The notes beneath the pieces were generated by a model. That model was not told the origin of the DNA. It searched no databases and saw only the letters and a program-made list of their open reading frames with translations. Below, piece after piece: positions 12,796-26,321 of a stretch of 64,000 nucleotides of DNA. A program made the translations under genes and the position numbers. The stretch lies in contig CAJINV010000001.1 of the NCBI GenBank assembly GCA_905178155.1, positions 13,363,713-13,427,712 on the forward strand, read 5' to 3'. Position 1 is the stretch's first letter. The number at the start of each line of letters is the position of its first letter. This stretch comes from Amoebophrya sp. A120. Taxonomy: Eukaryota > Protista > Dinoflagellata.

Positions 12796-14069
12796 TTTCT
12801 TAGTTTTGGATGCTATAGCTTTTGACGGGTCAACTTTTGTTTTGATTTCGGTACTTTACAGGTTTATGTCTTCGCGATGCATATTTGAGGCCTCAGGAGG
12901 TCGCCGCAACACAATTTGTCACGCGGCAATGACTGAGGTACAGACGAAGCAGCAACAGGCCGTGCGTATTGGTATTACTAACTTAATTTTGGGGATAAGA
13001 ACAAAAGCAGCTCCTCAACAAACACACTATGATTGATTCATGTGAAAGCACATAATTAATGTAGAATCGATGCCTTGTGGCGACCAGCATTCATCAAAAA
13101 AATCAGTTCACAAACTTGCGTACTCAAGTTCAACTACACGGAAGGCACAAACAAAAGTAGTCCGTCTGTCAACAACTTGTTGCATTAAGTAGTTTGCATT
13201 TTTATCGAGGTTGCGAGTCAGCAGTTTTGAAATAAAGAAGCATCCGCTTCTTCACCTTTGCAGCCACTTTGACAAGAATCGAGACGACAACGAACAGAGG
13301 TTCAAGACGCTTATGGAACTTCCTTTCACGAAAAACACATTTTCCAACCGTTTTGTTTGTCATCTCATCACGAAGAAGTGTATAGAATGCTCCATCTGTC
13401 TACCAACACAGCAGCTGTCGTTGACAATCAGATTTTTTTCTTGCGAAAAAAAATGAACATCAAATCGCTCCTTGTTCTATTGTGGTAAGTACTATGCCAG
13501 ACCTCAGAATGCGGGTGAACATATTTTCTTTGCTCACGGTTTCTTTGTCAATCTGCATGGCGCTTCTTCCATCACGCTTTCACGTGCTCCTTGCAAACCA
13601 ACTTCGAACCAAAGAAACGAACCACGACAACATGCACCACATACTTCATCAAAAAAGGCAAAGCAGGAGCTTGCACGAGAAAAAGCAAGACAGAAGGAAG
13701 AACTTTCCTGGATCAGTCAGAAACTCACACGCTTTGAAGACCACATCTATGCGCTCCACATTAAGGCCAGGTGAAGGGCGAGAGCTGCATCTAATTGACA
13801 CTGTTGTTTCTCGTCTTCTTGATCTTCTTTCGCGCAGACACAAACGCGCTGACTTTCTTTGGGCTTCTCTCCTGATCTTTCAAACGGTTGCGTCAACGCC
13901 TCTGCGCGCGTACAGTAGGTACGCGCTTTCTGTCGCACATCACAATAACAGGCTGGCTCTTGTTCATTTTTGTGCCGCCTCTACTCGCTAGGTTGCGAGG
14001 AACAATAGTTCGGCAATCACTAAATCGTATGCTTCGAGGTACAACCTCTGCACTAGATGTCTATGTCAT

Positions 14070-16685
14070 TTATGGTTTTGGCTTTTTTGGGGGCCTTTGG
14101 AGTATCGTCTCGTCAACCTTCTTCACACTGCGTTCGGCGTCTCTTTTGAAAACAAAGACATCCTCTCCTATGCACGGTCCTGAGCCAGCTTGGTTTGAGA
14201 TACACTCCGCAGTCCGTCGGTCGCGCGTGTCTTCGAGCGCGGCGCGCAGGACAGGAATCGCGCCGATGCGTCCTTCCCGAACGGCAAAAAACCGCGCGAA
14301 ACGAAACATTCCGGAAATAGCGGCGGAGAACATACCGAAGATTCTACCCGACATCAGATACCCTGCAGCTTCTGCGAGCGCCGCACGCGTGAAGCTGGTG
14401 ACGCCTTGCTGTTGACTGTCATCGAGACCGCCGCCCTCCGCTACGAAATGGAGAAGCGCTCCAATCTCTCCGTATCCTGGTTTCACAGCGACCTGCTGCC
14501 AAAAAGTAGCCTGCAAAAAATCCCAGGCGGGAATGCCCAAAGGCTTCCCGTCCGACAGGCTGCACACCGCCCTGGGCTGCATTTCCTGTTTCCTTGTTAT
14601 CGTCCCGTTTTTCGCGGTCGTTTCGGTCGTCACCCGCAGAGCGGGGCTGACGAAGCCCGGACCGGAGCTGAGTTCCATCCAAACGGACCGCCGGTAGTCC
14701 CAGCTCTGAAAGAGCTCGTCCAGAATGTAGCAGGTGTCCAGTGCGTGATCCGGGACGATCTGGTAGCGCCCATTTTTCCCCGTCTGCCCGGCGTTGTACT
14801 CTTTCTTCTCGAAGAGCATGTAGCCGAACCAGGAGTGGAACAGCTGCTCCAGATCGACGTCCGTCGGCCCCCGCGAGACTTTTCGGCCAGGCTCCCCCAG
14901 TAACGGACACACTTGTGCCGCGTGCGAAGTGACCACAACAGTGTGGAGTTTCGCATTGTGGTTTTTCTCAATGTACCGCTGCAGGTACCGCTCCGCACCG
15001 TAGGTCCTCTGGAAGGTTTCGCCAGGGTTACGGAAAAAGGATGTGGAGGAATCTTCGTGGCGTGGGCCCAGCGGGTAATTTTGGAACACCGCGGTCTTGA
15101 TCAGAATGTCCACACGGAAATCGTCCATGCTTTTCACCACGTCGCTAATCTGAAGATTTTTACTTTGGCTTCGATTTTTCTCAACGGGCTATGAAAACCG
15201 GTCACCAGGATCAGTTGTACTGCTACAAAGACAATGAATGAAATGAATTCATTAGCTTTAAACGAGGTAGCTCGGAGCATCAGGTTTTCTGCTACTAAGC
15301 ATGTACTCGCTGGTAATCTTCCTCTGCTCCAAAATCGTAGATAAAGCACTTCAGGCGTGTGAAATCGGGGCGAAGAATTGTGTGGATAATGGAGTCACAC
15401 GCCGTCATCGAAGGCACGCCAAGGTAGAGCATTTTTGCACGCCCCCACTCAGATAACCATTTGGCCGTGTGGTAGCCCACACCGTGCGTTGCGTCAGTGA
15501 CCAAGATATTGCGGCCCTGTAGTTGTTCGATAAATTCTTCTCGAACGATCATGCCGATTCTAAAAATCTTCTTGACATTTTCTGATTTGACAGAGAGGGA
15601 TTCCATAGTGTAACGAAAAACAACATACAACAGTACAACTTACGCCGAATTTCTGGTGCGTTTCATCGTAGGTTTCCAGAAACGCTTCTTCCAACGGCCT
15701 GTCCAGCACGGTTTGGGCAGCAAAGGTGAGCGCGATGGGTACCACTACAGCCGTCCAGTAGAGGAATCCTATGACGAACGAGCCCCGACACGCGATGTTT
15801 TTGACCGTCAGCTTTTTCTCATTGGGCACGAGGTCCTGTGGCCGCAAAAGCAACGCCTTCACGTTGTGCGTTTTGGACATGTAAATTTCCGCTTCGAGTT
15901 CGCCCTTCCACCAACAATAGCTGGAGTAGTAATTCCACATGAAGGACACAACCACGACCGCGACGATAACACCGAGAGTACCCTGTGCCGTTTTGTCGAC
16001 CGCCAGCGCATCGTCCGGGCGACCAACTTGCACGTCCCGATTCCCGAAGTAGTGCTGGACAATGGCCACGTAGTAGTCAGGTCCGCGGAGAAACACAAAA
16101 TACCCGACGGAGGCGAACAGCAACGCGAGGTGCCGGGAGAGCCAAATCAGGTCGAAAAAGCACCGGAAATGACCGTCGCCAACGAGCACGAGGAAAAACG
16201 TGAAAAACAGCGTGAACAGGAAGCCAAGCATGAAATCGCCGAACCCCTACCAAATGCAAAAATGTCTGGGTCTGGAAAAATTCACGTTTGTCATGCTTGT
16301 CTGGCGTGACTCTTAAATCTGTCATGCACGTTCCCAAGAGCTCCGTTTTTCTGTGATGCAGAGGCACAGTTTGTCATGCAGAATAGGCAACACCTAGGAG
16401 CTCAGAAACTTGTCGTGCTGAGCCAGCATTCGTAGCCTCATCATGAGACGCTACCCAGCATCACAAGTTTCCAGACCCAGACATTTTTACTTTTGATAAC
16501 CCCACACGCCAGACGAAATCCGGAGTAGCGTCCAGGACTGCCGCCGCCGCCGGCTGCCTTTTCGCCTGCGCAAGTAGGGAGTCCACCTGCTCTGGTAACG
16601 CGGAGAGCCGCTCGAGCAGCTGCTCCGACAAACCATTCAGGCTCAGCATCGGCGGCGCGCTGTTGGAACCGGTATCCAGTCCCAT
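14070..16685 (-). CDS. Multi-TM protein fused to a short-chain dehydrogenase-like Rossmann domain; interrupted by introner 16248-16498
   Basis: The first exon (MGLDTG...DFVWRVG) joins ORF 15560-16231 (several hydrophobic helices) after removal of the element. It is followed by ILVTDATHGVGYHTAKWL (TGxxxGxG-like) and VDILIKTA via a GT-AG intron into ORF 14070-15140. Confidence 0.65.
16248..16498. mobile_element. MITE-like introner element, copy 1 (251 bp, 31-bp TIR, 5-bp TSD ACCCC)
   Basis: Left TIR taccaaatgcaaaaatgtctgggtctggaaa versus right tttccagacccagacatttttacttttgata (28/31 complementary). ACCCC occurs at 16243-16247 and 16499-16503. A near-identical second copy lies at 33785-34036. 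Confidence 0.92.
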
Positions 16686-17078
16686 GCTCCGCGGCACTCG
16701 TGGCTTCCTACGAGCGACGTTGAGGCAATTGCATTTTGACTTTCGTTGATACACCGTCAACACGAGGGTGATTCAAAAGCAAATCTAGAAGTAGAAACAC
16801 ACCAGAATACGCAGCAAAAATCTTGAACGAAATCGCTCTGAAATTACTCTCCGCAAGAAAACGAGTTGCACTTACACTTACTCACGACCGGTAGCACGGT
16901 CAACAAAAGAAAAGCACAATCTATCAAAAGAAAATTTGTCAATATGCGTACAAGCCAGCTCCATCGAACAAAGCAGCGAAAGTAGTGGTGATTTGTAAGT
17001 ATTTGATTCCTTATTTTTCATTTGTTTTTTTTTTCGTGTCGCCAATTAGTTGTGAGTATGACAAGTCAACAGAGTTTT

Positions 17079-18855
17079 TCACAGTTCCAAGCTGGCCACT
17101 TGTTCTCTAACATTTTGAACTACGGCAAGGGCGGTTATTTCGTTCCTCAAAAGTTTGCCGAGCCAGTCGTACTTTTTGAAATTCTCCTCTCCTACAGAAG
17201 AAAACTCGATTTCCGCCTCAATGCCTGCGTGTTGCTGTGGCCTACTTCTACCACCCAGCGGCGTAGGCTTGCCGACGTTGTCCCTCTGATAGGCGTACGC
17301 GCACAATCCCACGGTGGCCTGCTCCTGGTGATGACTATTTGCCCCCTCCTCATGCTGCAAACGAAAGCGGAGCGAGACTTCTTTGCGCTCCGGGCCCCGG
17401 ATAGACACGCACACCTGCACGTTGTCGCGAATCAGGACGACGTCGCGGCGCTCCTTTTTGGTCGGCTCGGCGGAGTCCCGTGGCGCGATCACCGCCTCCT
17501 CCACGCTCTGCAGCACCGAGCAGTCGATATCCGGGTCGTATCCCTGTTCTGGTAGGATGGCGAACCGACTACGAATCGCTTCCAGCGGGGCCGGCAGGAT
17601 GGTCTGGTGCGGTGGCAGTTCGTGGTCACCGGGGAGGTGCTGCTGCTGCTCGAGAATAGTACCCGCATCCAGCATCTCCACGTCACCTGTGTTGTGCTCC
17701 ATACCCTGCAGCACGACGGCGCTGCTCTTTCGGCTGCCCGGTTCATTCGAGGGCTGCAGTCCGGGACTAGCGGCGGGACCGCCCTGGTCCGCTGTCTTAC
17801 GCTGCTCCAGGATCTTCCTAATGGAGGCCTGGGCCTTCTCTACCTCCAGCGTTTTCGCTTCGCCCTGCTCCTTCCATTTGGAAAGCTCCTCCGCCGCTTT
17901 GTTGCGGACATCCTGTGGTGGTACGTCATTACGAATTCGTCATTGGTACGTGGTACGTGATAGTGTATCGAATTCGTCATTGCGTCGTTTGTCGTCTAAG
18001 AACATATTTTGTTACCAGGTCAAGATTCTGTAGCGCACTCTTCACAGAGATAGAAACTTTTGTCGAGATAAATGCACTATAAAAAAATGTACCTTCTTTC
18101 CTTTCAACTGCGCCTCGAGTATCGTTCGCTGGTCGTGCTCATAGGCCATGTGGTGGAGCCGGTACAGGGTGGAGTTCGGATCCAGTCCTCGGTCCAGCAA
18201 CTCCTGCCGCTGCGGCCACTCGTCTTCCGGAATCAAATCCACCGGCGTTTCCGGGTCGGGCACCCCGGCGTGAAGGATTTGCTGCATAAACAGACCCTCC
18301 TCATACAAGTCGTTCTCGTGCTGTTTTTATGTTCGATTTTGACGACTTTGCAGAAGAAGTTGCGAGAGTGCATACAGTGTTGATAGATGTTGACCAAATT
18401 CTACATAGACTACAAAATTCGCTCCCTTTCGCTGCATCAAGTGATCAGTTCCTCAAAAAGAAAAACTCAAATTTATTCACAAATCCGAAATAAAACTGTA
18501 CCCTTCTCCTCAATTCGTGCACCGGGTCCTTTGTGGTTAGTTCTGTTTTGATGTCGTCGATTTGTTTTCGCATGAAGGAGTTTGCTTGCCGGAGCCGACT
18601 CAGCTGGAACTGGAGTTCCTCGTACTTGTCGGCAAAAGCCTCTGCCTCATCTTCCAACACGTGCTTCCCGCACAAATCTCGCAGCTCTTTCACCGCGTCC
18701 CGGGCGTGCGCCTGGGCAGAGGCGAACCGGGCGCAGAGCGTTTCCGCGTCCTCGAGCTCCTCGACTTGGAGTCGTTGCTTTAAATCCTGCTCATATTGGT
18801 CGAGCGTCATGGGCATGCCGGCGGCATTGAACTGCCCACCACCGTTGCCCCACAT
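17079..18855 (-). CDS. Multi-exon hypothetical protein with N-terminal coiled coil
   Basis: ORFs 18445-18855, 18042-18308 and 17079-17714 are joinable with GT-AG introns (HELRRR|HENDLYEEG, QLKGKK|DVRNKAAEE). Confidence 0.6.
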
Positions 18856-19859
18856 GGCTTGTTGTATATTGGTGCGTGTGGTGCTGGTGTCGTGCGTGTC
18901 TTACAAAATACGGCGGAGCACAATGTGAAATGGAATCTGTGTCATTCTTACTTTTCTGCGAGCGTGGTACTGCTACGTACTAGTTGTACATCGCTGACGA
19001 GAGGGCTGCTCCTTATTTGTAGGTTGTCCATCGTATAAAAAAAATAGAATGTTGTTGTTTTTGTCGCTGTAAAGGTAAACGAAGAGAGAAGTAAAGGAGA
19101 AGTCTTCCAGTAGTTATTCGGCGTCTTTACACGGGGGTGGAATTTTGTGGAAACCATGTTGATCTTGTCAACCCATGTTGATCTTGCGCACAGGTGGAAA
19201 TGTTATCATGATCTTCTCTGTTCAGAAGCATCTGAGTGCCAAGAGCAGGAGAAGGAGATGGATCCTCGCATATGCATCATGAATATGCAAAATCCATAGA
19301 GTCGGAGCTACGAGCAAAATCAGGATCTTCCGCGTTTTCGCGTTCGTTGGTAGATTCCTCACAACATTCAGTGAACAAACATGAGCGTCAGCAACACCAG
19401 AAATAGTGCGATGGCCTCGGAAGACAAATACTTCGTGTTGAATCTACTTGCTTCTTAACCGTCATTTCTCCGAGTCGGTGAGCTCTCGTGGCAAAAAAAA
19501 ACCGGCGCAGATGAGATAGAGATACCATGTACTTACACCACTGGAAAAAATGCTGTCTTACAAATAGAAACATAATCGTCCGGAAGAAAACGAACTAGAT
19601 GCTGTATATGGGTCGAAATGCAACTCAAGATTGATTGATACTAGTTCGAAGGGCGGGAAACAGGATCGTATGAAAATGCCATAGTACATGAATGAAAAAC
19701 TTCTTCTTATCCCTATGTGTGGTTGGTACAGATACAGATACGAACGAGGTGTGCATGATTTGGCAAGAGTCACGGCGAAGGACGAGCAGGGGAGGCATCA
19801 GCTCGTTCAATCTACCGATCCGGGTGTCGTGCAAAGCAACTCCCGTCAGTGCCAGAGTT

Positions 19860-20636
19860 TCATGCTTTTGTGTGTCTCCGGCCGGAAGACCGGGCAGAGG
19901 TCGAGTCGCTCCGGGCGCTGATCATTGCAGGTTCTTTGTGCGTCAGTGTTGTAATCGTTTCTCCGTTTTCCATGAGCTCTCGCCCCACGTGTGGTCGCAT
20001 GTCAGTTGGCATGGTGCCCCGACCTGACAGCGCGCGCATCCCGCCCAACTCTGTAAAGCGCACCTGCCGCCACTCCTGCCTGTAGATTTTTTGCGATTAC
20101 TACATCCTTGCAAATGTCGCTACGTGCCGAATTTTCATTTAAGATGAGACAGCAAAAGACGCACATAGATATATCATCGTCGTGGGATTATCCATCATAG
20201 GCTGAAGAAAACTGAATATAGAATACTCGTTCGAGTAGCATCCTCGCTCCTTCTGCACATTTTGCAACTTAGACGCGCGCTCGTAGCGTCGGTTGTGGTG
20301 GTTGATTCGGTCCCCCCGCCCTGCGATGGTGGGCCAGGAGGGCAGGCCGGCCACGCGGATGCAGTTTTGCAACCGCGGCCCGTTGTAGGCGCGCCACCGG
20401 GCCTCGTCGTTGTAGCCGAGGTGGTCCCGGTACTCCGTGCTGACGTGAAAAGCGCGGTACCGCGGAGCGTAGTCCAGTACGCGCATGTCACACCCGTCGA
20501 TCCCGCTGGTCACCGTGCGGAAATCGTGTCTGCACGGGTGCGCCGGGTGATCCCGCATCTCCTGCTTCGTAACCTCCCGACGCAGGTTCAAGTACTGCAC
20601 AGGGCTGTGCCCCGACATGTACGGAAGTTCGGCCAT
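19860..20636 (-). CDS. Hypothetical protein (2 exons)
   Basis: GC-rich coding-like ORF 20139-20636 joins an acceptor TACAG|G CAG GAG TGG leading into ORF 19860-20063. Exact donor is ambiguous. Confidence 0.55.
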
Positions 20637-22429
20637 GTTAACAGGGAAAGATGGGAAGTAGATGAAGAAAGAACAAAAACGCGAATCGACTCGAAACTCT
20701 GTTAGTGTCTGCTAGAAAGATAGTATTGAAAAAAAGTAGGGATAAACTTAATATTTTTGGGTGTTTTTTTTGGGGTTCGTTAGTTTTGGAGGCGACGAAA
20801 CGATTCGCCGTTTTCTCCTTGGCGTGAAGCCACTGTTGTTGGAAATGGAATAGTCATTTGATGTGCAAAGAAATTGTATGCAGTCTTAAAAGCAGCAGAA
20901 ATGATGTCGACAAGACGAGATAAACAACGACGACGAATCACTGGAAATTCACCATGACCGTACTCAATTGAAGCACCGAGACTTCGCCTCACAAAACCGA
21001 CACAACCAAGCGAGAGGTCGGCTATTGACAGACCTAAATGCAAACCGATATGGAAATTTAAATCAAACCGAATTCTCAATACACGCCAAGGCCAGGCCTC
21101 TACCGACTACGATGCGAGAATCACAAGTACCGAAAATGCAAGAACTAATCTATCTGGAACGAAAAGAACCGAGGTTAGAGTACTCACATACCGATGGATT
21201 TTGACAAATTCGGGAACTGTACGCGACAAAGCAAGTGGCACGGTCATTAGCGGCAGCCATCATCAGAGTATCTTTCCGGAACGCAAAAATGCTAGCCCCC
21301 TGCTGCATATTCACAATGAATATGCTGCTGCTGCTACTGCATGGAGCACGACAAGGTATTCTGTTTACCAAGCTCAGGAAATTTTTACTGAAACGGCTGC
21401 AGGTCATGTCATAGCTGGAAATCTCCGCGCGTGGGTCTGAACGAAACAAACAAAGCCCATATGGTAGATACTCATAAACCGCATATATTCCATTTTCTGG
21501 CGCATGTATTTCGCTTGCGTATATCATCACGTAGTTGTTGTATTGCTGTGAACTAGTAACATTTTTGGTTTATTCCGTAATCAAATTACTTTTTTTGGTG
21601 GTGTCACGAGTGCAAGTGCAGGACGAAAAGAAGCAAGTACACGAAAATGTAGGGTGTCACGAAAAAAAGGTGGATCACATACTTCGGAAAGTAAGTTGTA
21701 CATCAAGTAGAAGCGATGGATAACAATCGTCTAGCTACATATTTCAAACTCTCCTCTGCCACATTTATTACCACTAAATTAAAGTACACGTTACTCTGTC
21801 TTTAGCATTTGCTATGCGCAAAACGATGCAAGACCATCGGAGCGCGCGGACGCGACTCTGATAATGTGAGCCGAGTCCTGCGCTTAGACACGCCTTGGGT
21901 GGAAAATCTGTAGTGACAGCTAGACACACTATTGGTTTCATCTGCACAAGCTGTTTGATGGCACATTGTTTTTTCTCTCCCCTCAGTCACACATCCGTAC
22001 CGCTCATTAGACACTGTGGGCGTCGTTTGCAGTACTTGTTCAGGTATAGTTTGTTCTATCTCCGAGATACAACTCAGATCATGTGAGCATCATAAATTGT
22101 GATGGTGGAAAATAGTTCCAGCGAGAAGCACTGCAACTGACGACATGATAGTAATTACTAGTACTGCCCTATCTTACACTAGTTCGGCACACCAAAAGAG
22201 GTGTGCTTTCATGCGTTTTGTCAAGTCAAAAATGTCCGTACCTGTGCTAGCTCAAGATATGTGCTCGGGAAGAAACACAATAAGTAGCTGCATAGATAGG
22301 CATAGAGTGGCGCTTCTTAAAATTTACAAAGTGAGAGTGTAGGATATTCAAGCCGCTGTTCGTTTTTGTGGCGAACTTGTCGTCATTGTTGGCAATGACA
22401 TGATGATGACGATCCATGGCAGTACTGTG

Positions 22430-24492
22430 TCAGAATTGCTTTTCGGTAACTCCGGCGCCCATGATTGAAGTTGAGCTCTTGCCCGCGGTGACGGCGCCCA
22501 GCTGCGCATCGATCAGCTCTGAACCGGACCACTTCTGGTGGGTCAGCGTGCTAACCCCCTCCTTGCGCTCGGAGCGCTGGATCTGCGTCACGTATGCCAG
22601 CATCTCGTCCTCCTTGTAGGCGCGGGCGAATCGGGTAATTCCCAGCGCGTCTGAGTGAAACCCGGCCAGGGTGATGAACTGCCAGCAGAAACCCATCTTG
22701 GCCAGGGCGGAAATGTACGTACGCATCTCCTCGTCTGACAACCCAGAGGCGTCCCAGTTGAAGCTCGGACTTTGGTTGTACGCCTGTAGAAATGAAGTTA
22801 AACATGAGGAAAATCCTCATTGAATTTCCATTTGTTGTGATTCTGCTCTCGGTATGCGCAGCAATCCCGAACAAGAATATCAACGACTTGCAATGAAAAT
22901 TGTTCCTATCTATACCAGCATGAGATGCGGGAGGGTGGCAGACACGTCGGCCGCGAAATCCTTTGCCTGCTGCACGCCAGGCTTTGCGGTTTCCATCCAC
23001 ACGATGTCTGCAACTTTTCCGAAGGCCTTCGCGCGCTCGGAGCACATCTTGGTACCGCCCTGGATCTGGTAGTAACCTGGAAAAATTTTGTCCGCAGAAA
23101 TCATTATAGAGCAATGGAAAATCTTCGTTCTCATCCCCTCAATGCGACTAGAAACATAAAATCCCGTCCGTATCATGAGTTCTTGCAAGCCTCCCCGTCA
23201 CAGTACCTTCCACCACCCTCGGCGCCTCCCAATCGAAGAACGGATCCCCCGCCCCGAGTTTCTTTGCCAGCGCTTTCAAGTCCGGGAGCGAGAGCTGGTA
23301 GCACTTGCTGTCCCACTCCTTCACCTTGTTTGCATCCCCAGCGAGTTTTTCGCGGATCAGCGTCGGGTAGGTCTTCGCCTGCGCGCGCTTCATCCAGTCC
23401 TTGTCCGTACCCTTGGCCGTGGCCTCCCGCAAGGACTCCACATTCGACACCGTCGCGCCGAGGATGAAGGGGTGGTCGCGCCCGTCCACGTTGGAGTCCA
23501 GTAATGTCGCGGCGTCCGCGTCCGTGCGGGCGACGATTAGCAGTGGGCACCGCATCACGTCGGCCTGCAGCCGGGCCGCGATTACCCGCTGGCAGTGCTC
23601 CGACACGGGGACAAGTACTTTGCCGCCCATGTGCCCGCACTTTTTCGTGCCCGGCTTCTGGTCCTCGAGGTGGATCCCTGCCGCGCCATTCTCGATGAAC
23701 ATCTTGGTTAGCTTCATGACCGCCGTCAGGCCCCCGTGCCCGGTGTCCGCGTCCGCGATGATGGGCAGCATGTAGTCCACCGCCGGGTTCTTCGCGCGCC
23801 ACTCCGGCGTCTGGCGCATGCGGAACTCGAACTGCTTCCGGTCGTGAAACACCTGTGCCTTGTACAGCTGATCCACTTTGTTCGGCACCGTGTCCATGGG
23901 GTAGTCCGCGAGATCCGGGCCTGGTTCGTTGCTCGTGCTCGCGGTGGAGGAACTCTGCCAGCCGCTTACGTAGACCGAACTGAGCCCGGCCTCCGCCATC
24001 TGCACCACCTGCACCGGGTCCAGCGCCCCAAACGTGTGCGACATCTTGCCCTTCTCCCGGTGGTCGCGCAGCAGCGTGTACAGCTTCGCGGCACTGGTGG
24101 CAGAAGGGTAGTTGGGGAGTTCCTGTCGGGTACCCTGAAACCGGGTCACTTCCGCGGGACCAAACCTGGTTATTAGAAGAGCTGGGATTTCGTATCTTTA
24201 CTTTTAATGGCGACAACTGGGGTGATGCGCTTGTAGTTGCGAACAAAACTACAGAAAAGTTCATGACTAGTATGCATCAATTCCGCGGTCCAATTTCCAT
24301 CACTAACTGTAACTACCCACCAAGTAATGCAAATGTAAGAAAGTAGTACGGTCTTTCCACGTATTGGAAGCGTTTGGATGACATGAAGGCCTCATTCTTC
24401 GCTTTTCGCTGTTCGAAAAAGGCCATCTCCGAGTCGCCCGACTTCCCCGCATTGACATGCGAGGCGATTGTGGCCGCACGGTTTTCTGCCAT
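22430..24492 (-). CDS. ICL: Isocitrate lyase (4 exons)
   Basis: Motifs [77 protein letters not shown] introns at 24166-24349, 23077-23206 and 22784-22915 restore one frame. Confidence 0.97.
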
Positions 24493-25687
24493 CCTCGGTT
24501 TTTACAAATTAGACTGTGTCTTATCTTGCTGCTCGTCGGTCATAGGAATTTTATGTTCCAAATTTACCTGCTGCTTCATGAGGTTGTTGTTGGCGTTTTT
24601 TGACAAGTGCAATTGCAATAGCAGTTACAAGAGAAAAATAGATAACGTGTAGTCAATAAAGACGGTCGGAGGACTCCTCCGAGAAAAAAGGCAGCAGACG
24701 CCTTAGATGCAGAAGAAGAAGCAACTACGCGCTCTTTGAAAAGTAGAGTGCGAACGGTATAGCTACAAGTTGCCGTTTGTCTTCGTTCCCTCAAAGTATA
24801 GTGACTCACTCGAAGTTTCAGTCCGCTAGCGAACGTATAGACTGCTCACTAGAAGACACTGAAGGGAGGATGTTGTCTGAAGTTCAAAAAAGTAAGATAG
24901 CAGTAGTGGTAAGAGTTGTATGTCGCAACTACGAGCGAGCAGCAGCACGGTAAGTGATTCTGAAACAGAACCACTGTGTTAATATTTTCCTGGAATAACA
25001 ATGAGGGGGGAACTCTACGGCCCCACGCTGCTCTCTCCAAAACTTAAACTGCAAATGCTAATGCTTGAATGAGAAGGAGAACTCCGGTCATTAAACTTGT
25101 AGTTTACGATGTCAAAATTGCCTGCAATTGCACGAAGGAGCGCAGCACCAAAACACAAAAGGATTTTTTCAACTAAAAGCCGACAAGAAGCACTTGCTTT
25201 AGCGAAACGACAATGTTTGACATTTCGCGGCGAACCAAAAACCGATGCGGTACGAATTACCGAGAATATGTTCGCGCTTTCGAGAGCGTCAATACCGAAG
25301 TGGGACAGCACGCAGGTTCAAACAACCAAGATGAAGATATAAGAACAACCACACTCGTTGACAACGCCGCTAGGTCCTTCCTCGTGCGTCCGTGGCGAAG
25401 TGCAAATTGTTTTTCGCTTTCCTAACTTCTATCTCGCGTGGAGTTGCCAAAAAAAAACCATTCACATCGGAGATCGAAACAAGGGGAATTCAAAACACAA
25501 TGAAGCGCAAGCGAAGCTTGAATTTTCAAAACATAAACAAGAGCTTTCTCTTATGAATTGTTCTTCGCTAAGAATGGAGAGACACGATCTGGCAGCGGAA
25601 TAGGGAAGGTCAAATAGAGAACAAAATCAAACAGTGGGTGCTTTAGGAATGTAATCACGAACGCGAGGAAGTGCCATAAATTTCTTA

Positions 25688-26321
25688 TCATGACCTCTTA
25701 TCCGTGTCCATGCCTTGCTTCATACGGTTGATTTGGTCGGCCAAAAAATCTTCGATTTTCCGCATCCGCATCTCGTGGTCGGTGGCTACCATGCTGGTTT
25801 CGCGGGCTAACCCGTCGACCACATCCTCCACGCGATTGAGCCTTTGGTGGTGGACCTCGATTGCAATCATCTCGCGCTGTTCATCGGCCTGCTGAGACAG
25901 TGCAGCCTGCAGCAAAGCCTGCCCCATGCCGGCAGGTGCTGTTGTATCGTTGGGTAAAAATAAAATTCTTGCAGCACCGAGCTGATTTCACAAACGGATT
26001 TGTTGCTGCAACGGGAATCAAAACGAGAAACCATAACCGAAAGGCGAAAGCTAAAGACAGGATCAGGACCTCCTGGAAGCAAAAATATAATTGGAAACAC
26101 AAGCAAAAAAGTATTATACTTGGTGGCGCCATTGCGAGGTTTGCGGGCAAGGGTGAGGCGTAGGCGGCTGGCGAGTTCACGAAGGGCTGCGGCGAAAGAG
26201 GATAGTTCGCTTGCGGAACCGTCAATGCGTTGCCGAATGCCGTGTTCCCGAAACCTGGCATGTTGGTCCGCATGGGGGAACCTCCGACAAGCGGGTCGTA
26301 GCTGCCAAAAGGCGAGGACAT
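25688..26321 (-). CDS. Hypothetical protein, Pro-rich N-terminus plus short coiled coil (3' end uncertain)
   Basis: MSSPFGSYDP...MAPP exon joins via GT-AG to TPAGMGQALLQ... (ORF 25688-25927). Confidence 0.5.

Noticed and set aside
16248-16498. Idea that the KDZ transposase mobilises the introners
   Set aside because: I saw no copy of the introner TIR or TGTCATGC array around the KDZ gene, and its termini are not visible, so there is no sequence support.
19154-19186. Short local duplications (ccatgttgatcttg x2; similarly ctcgatgtcccta x2 near 40358-40404)
   Set aside because: Isolated two-copy microduplications in intergenic DNA with no further structure.
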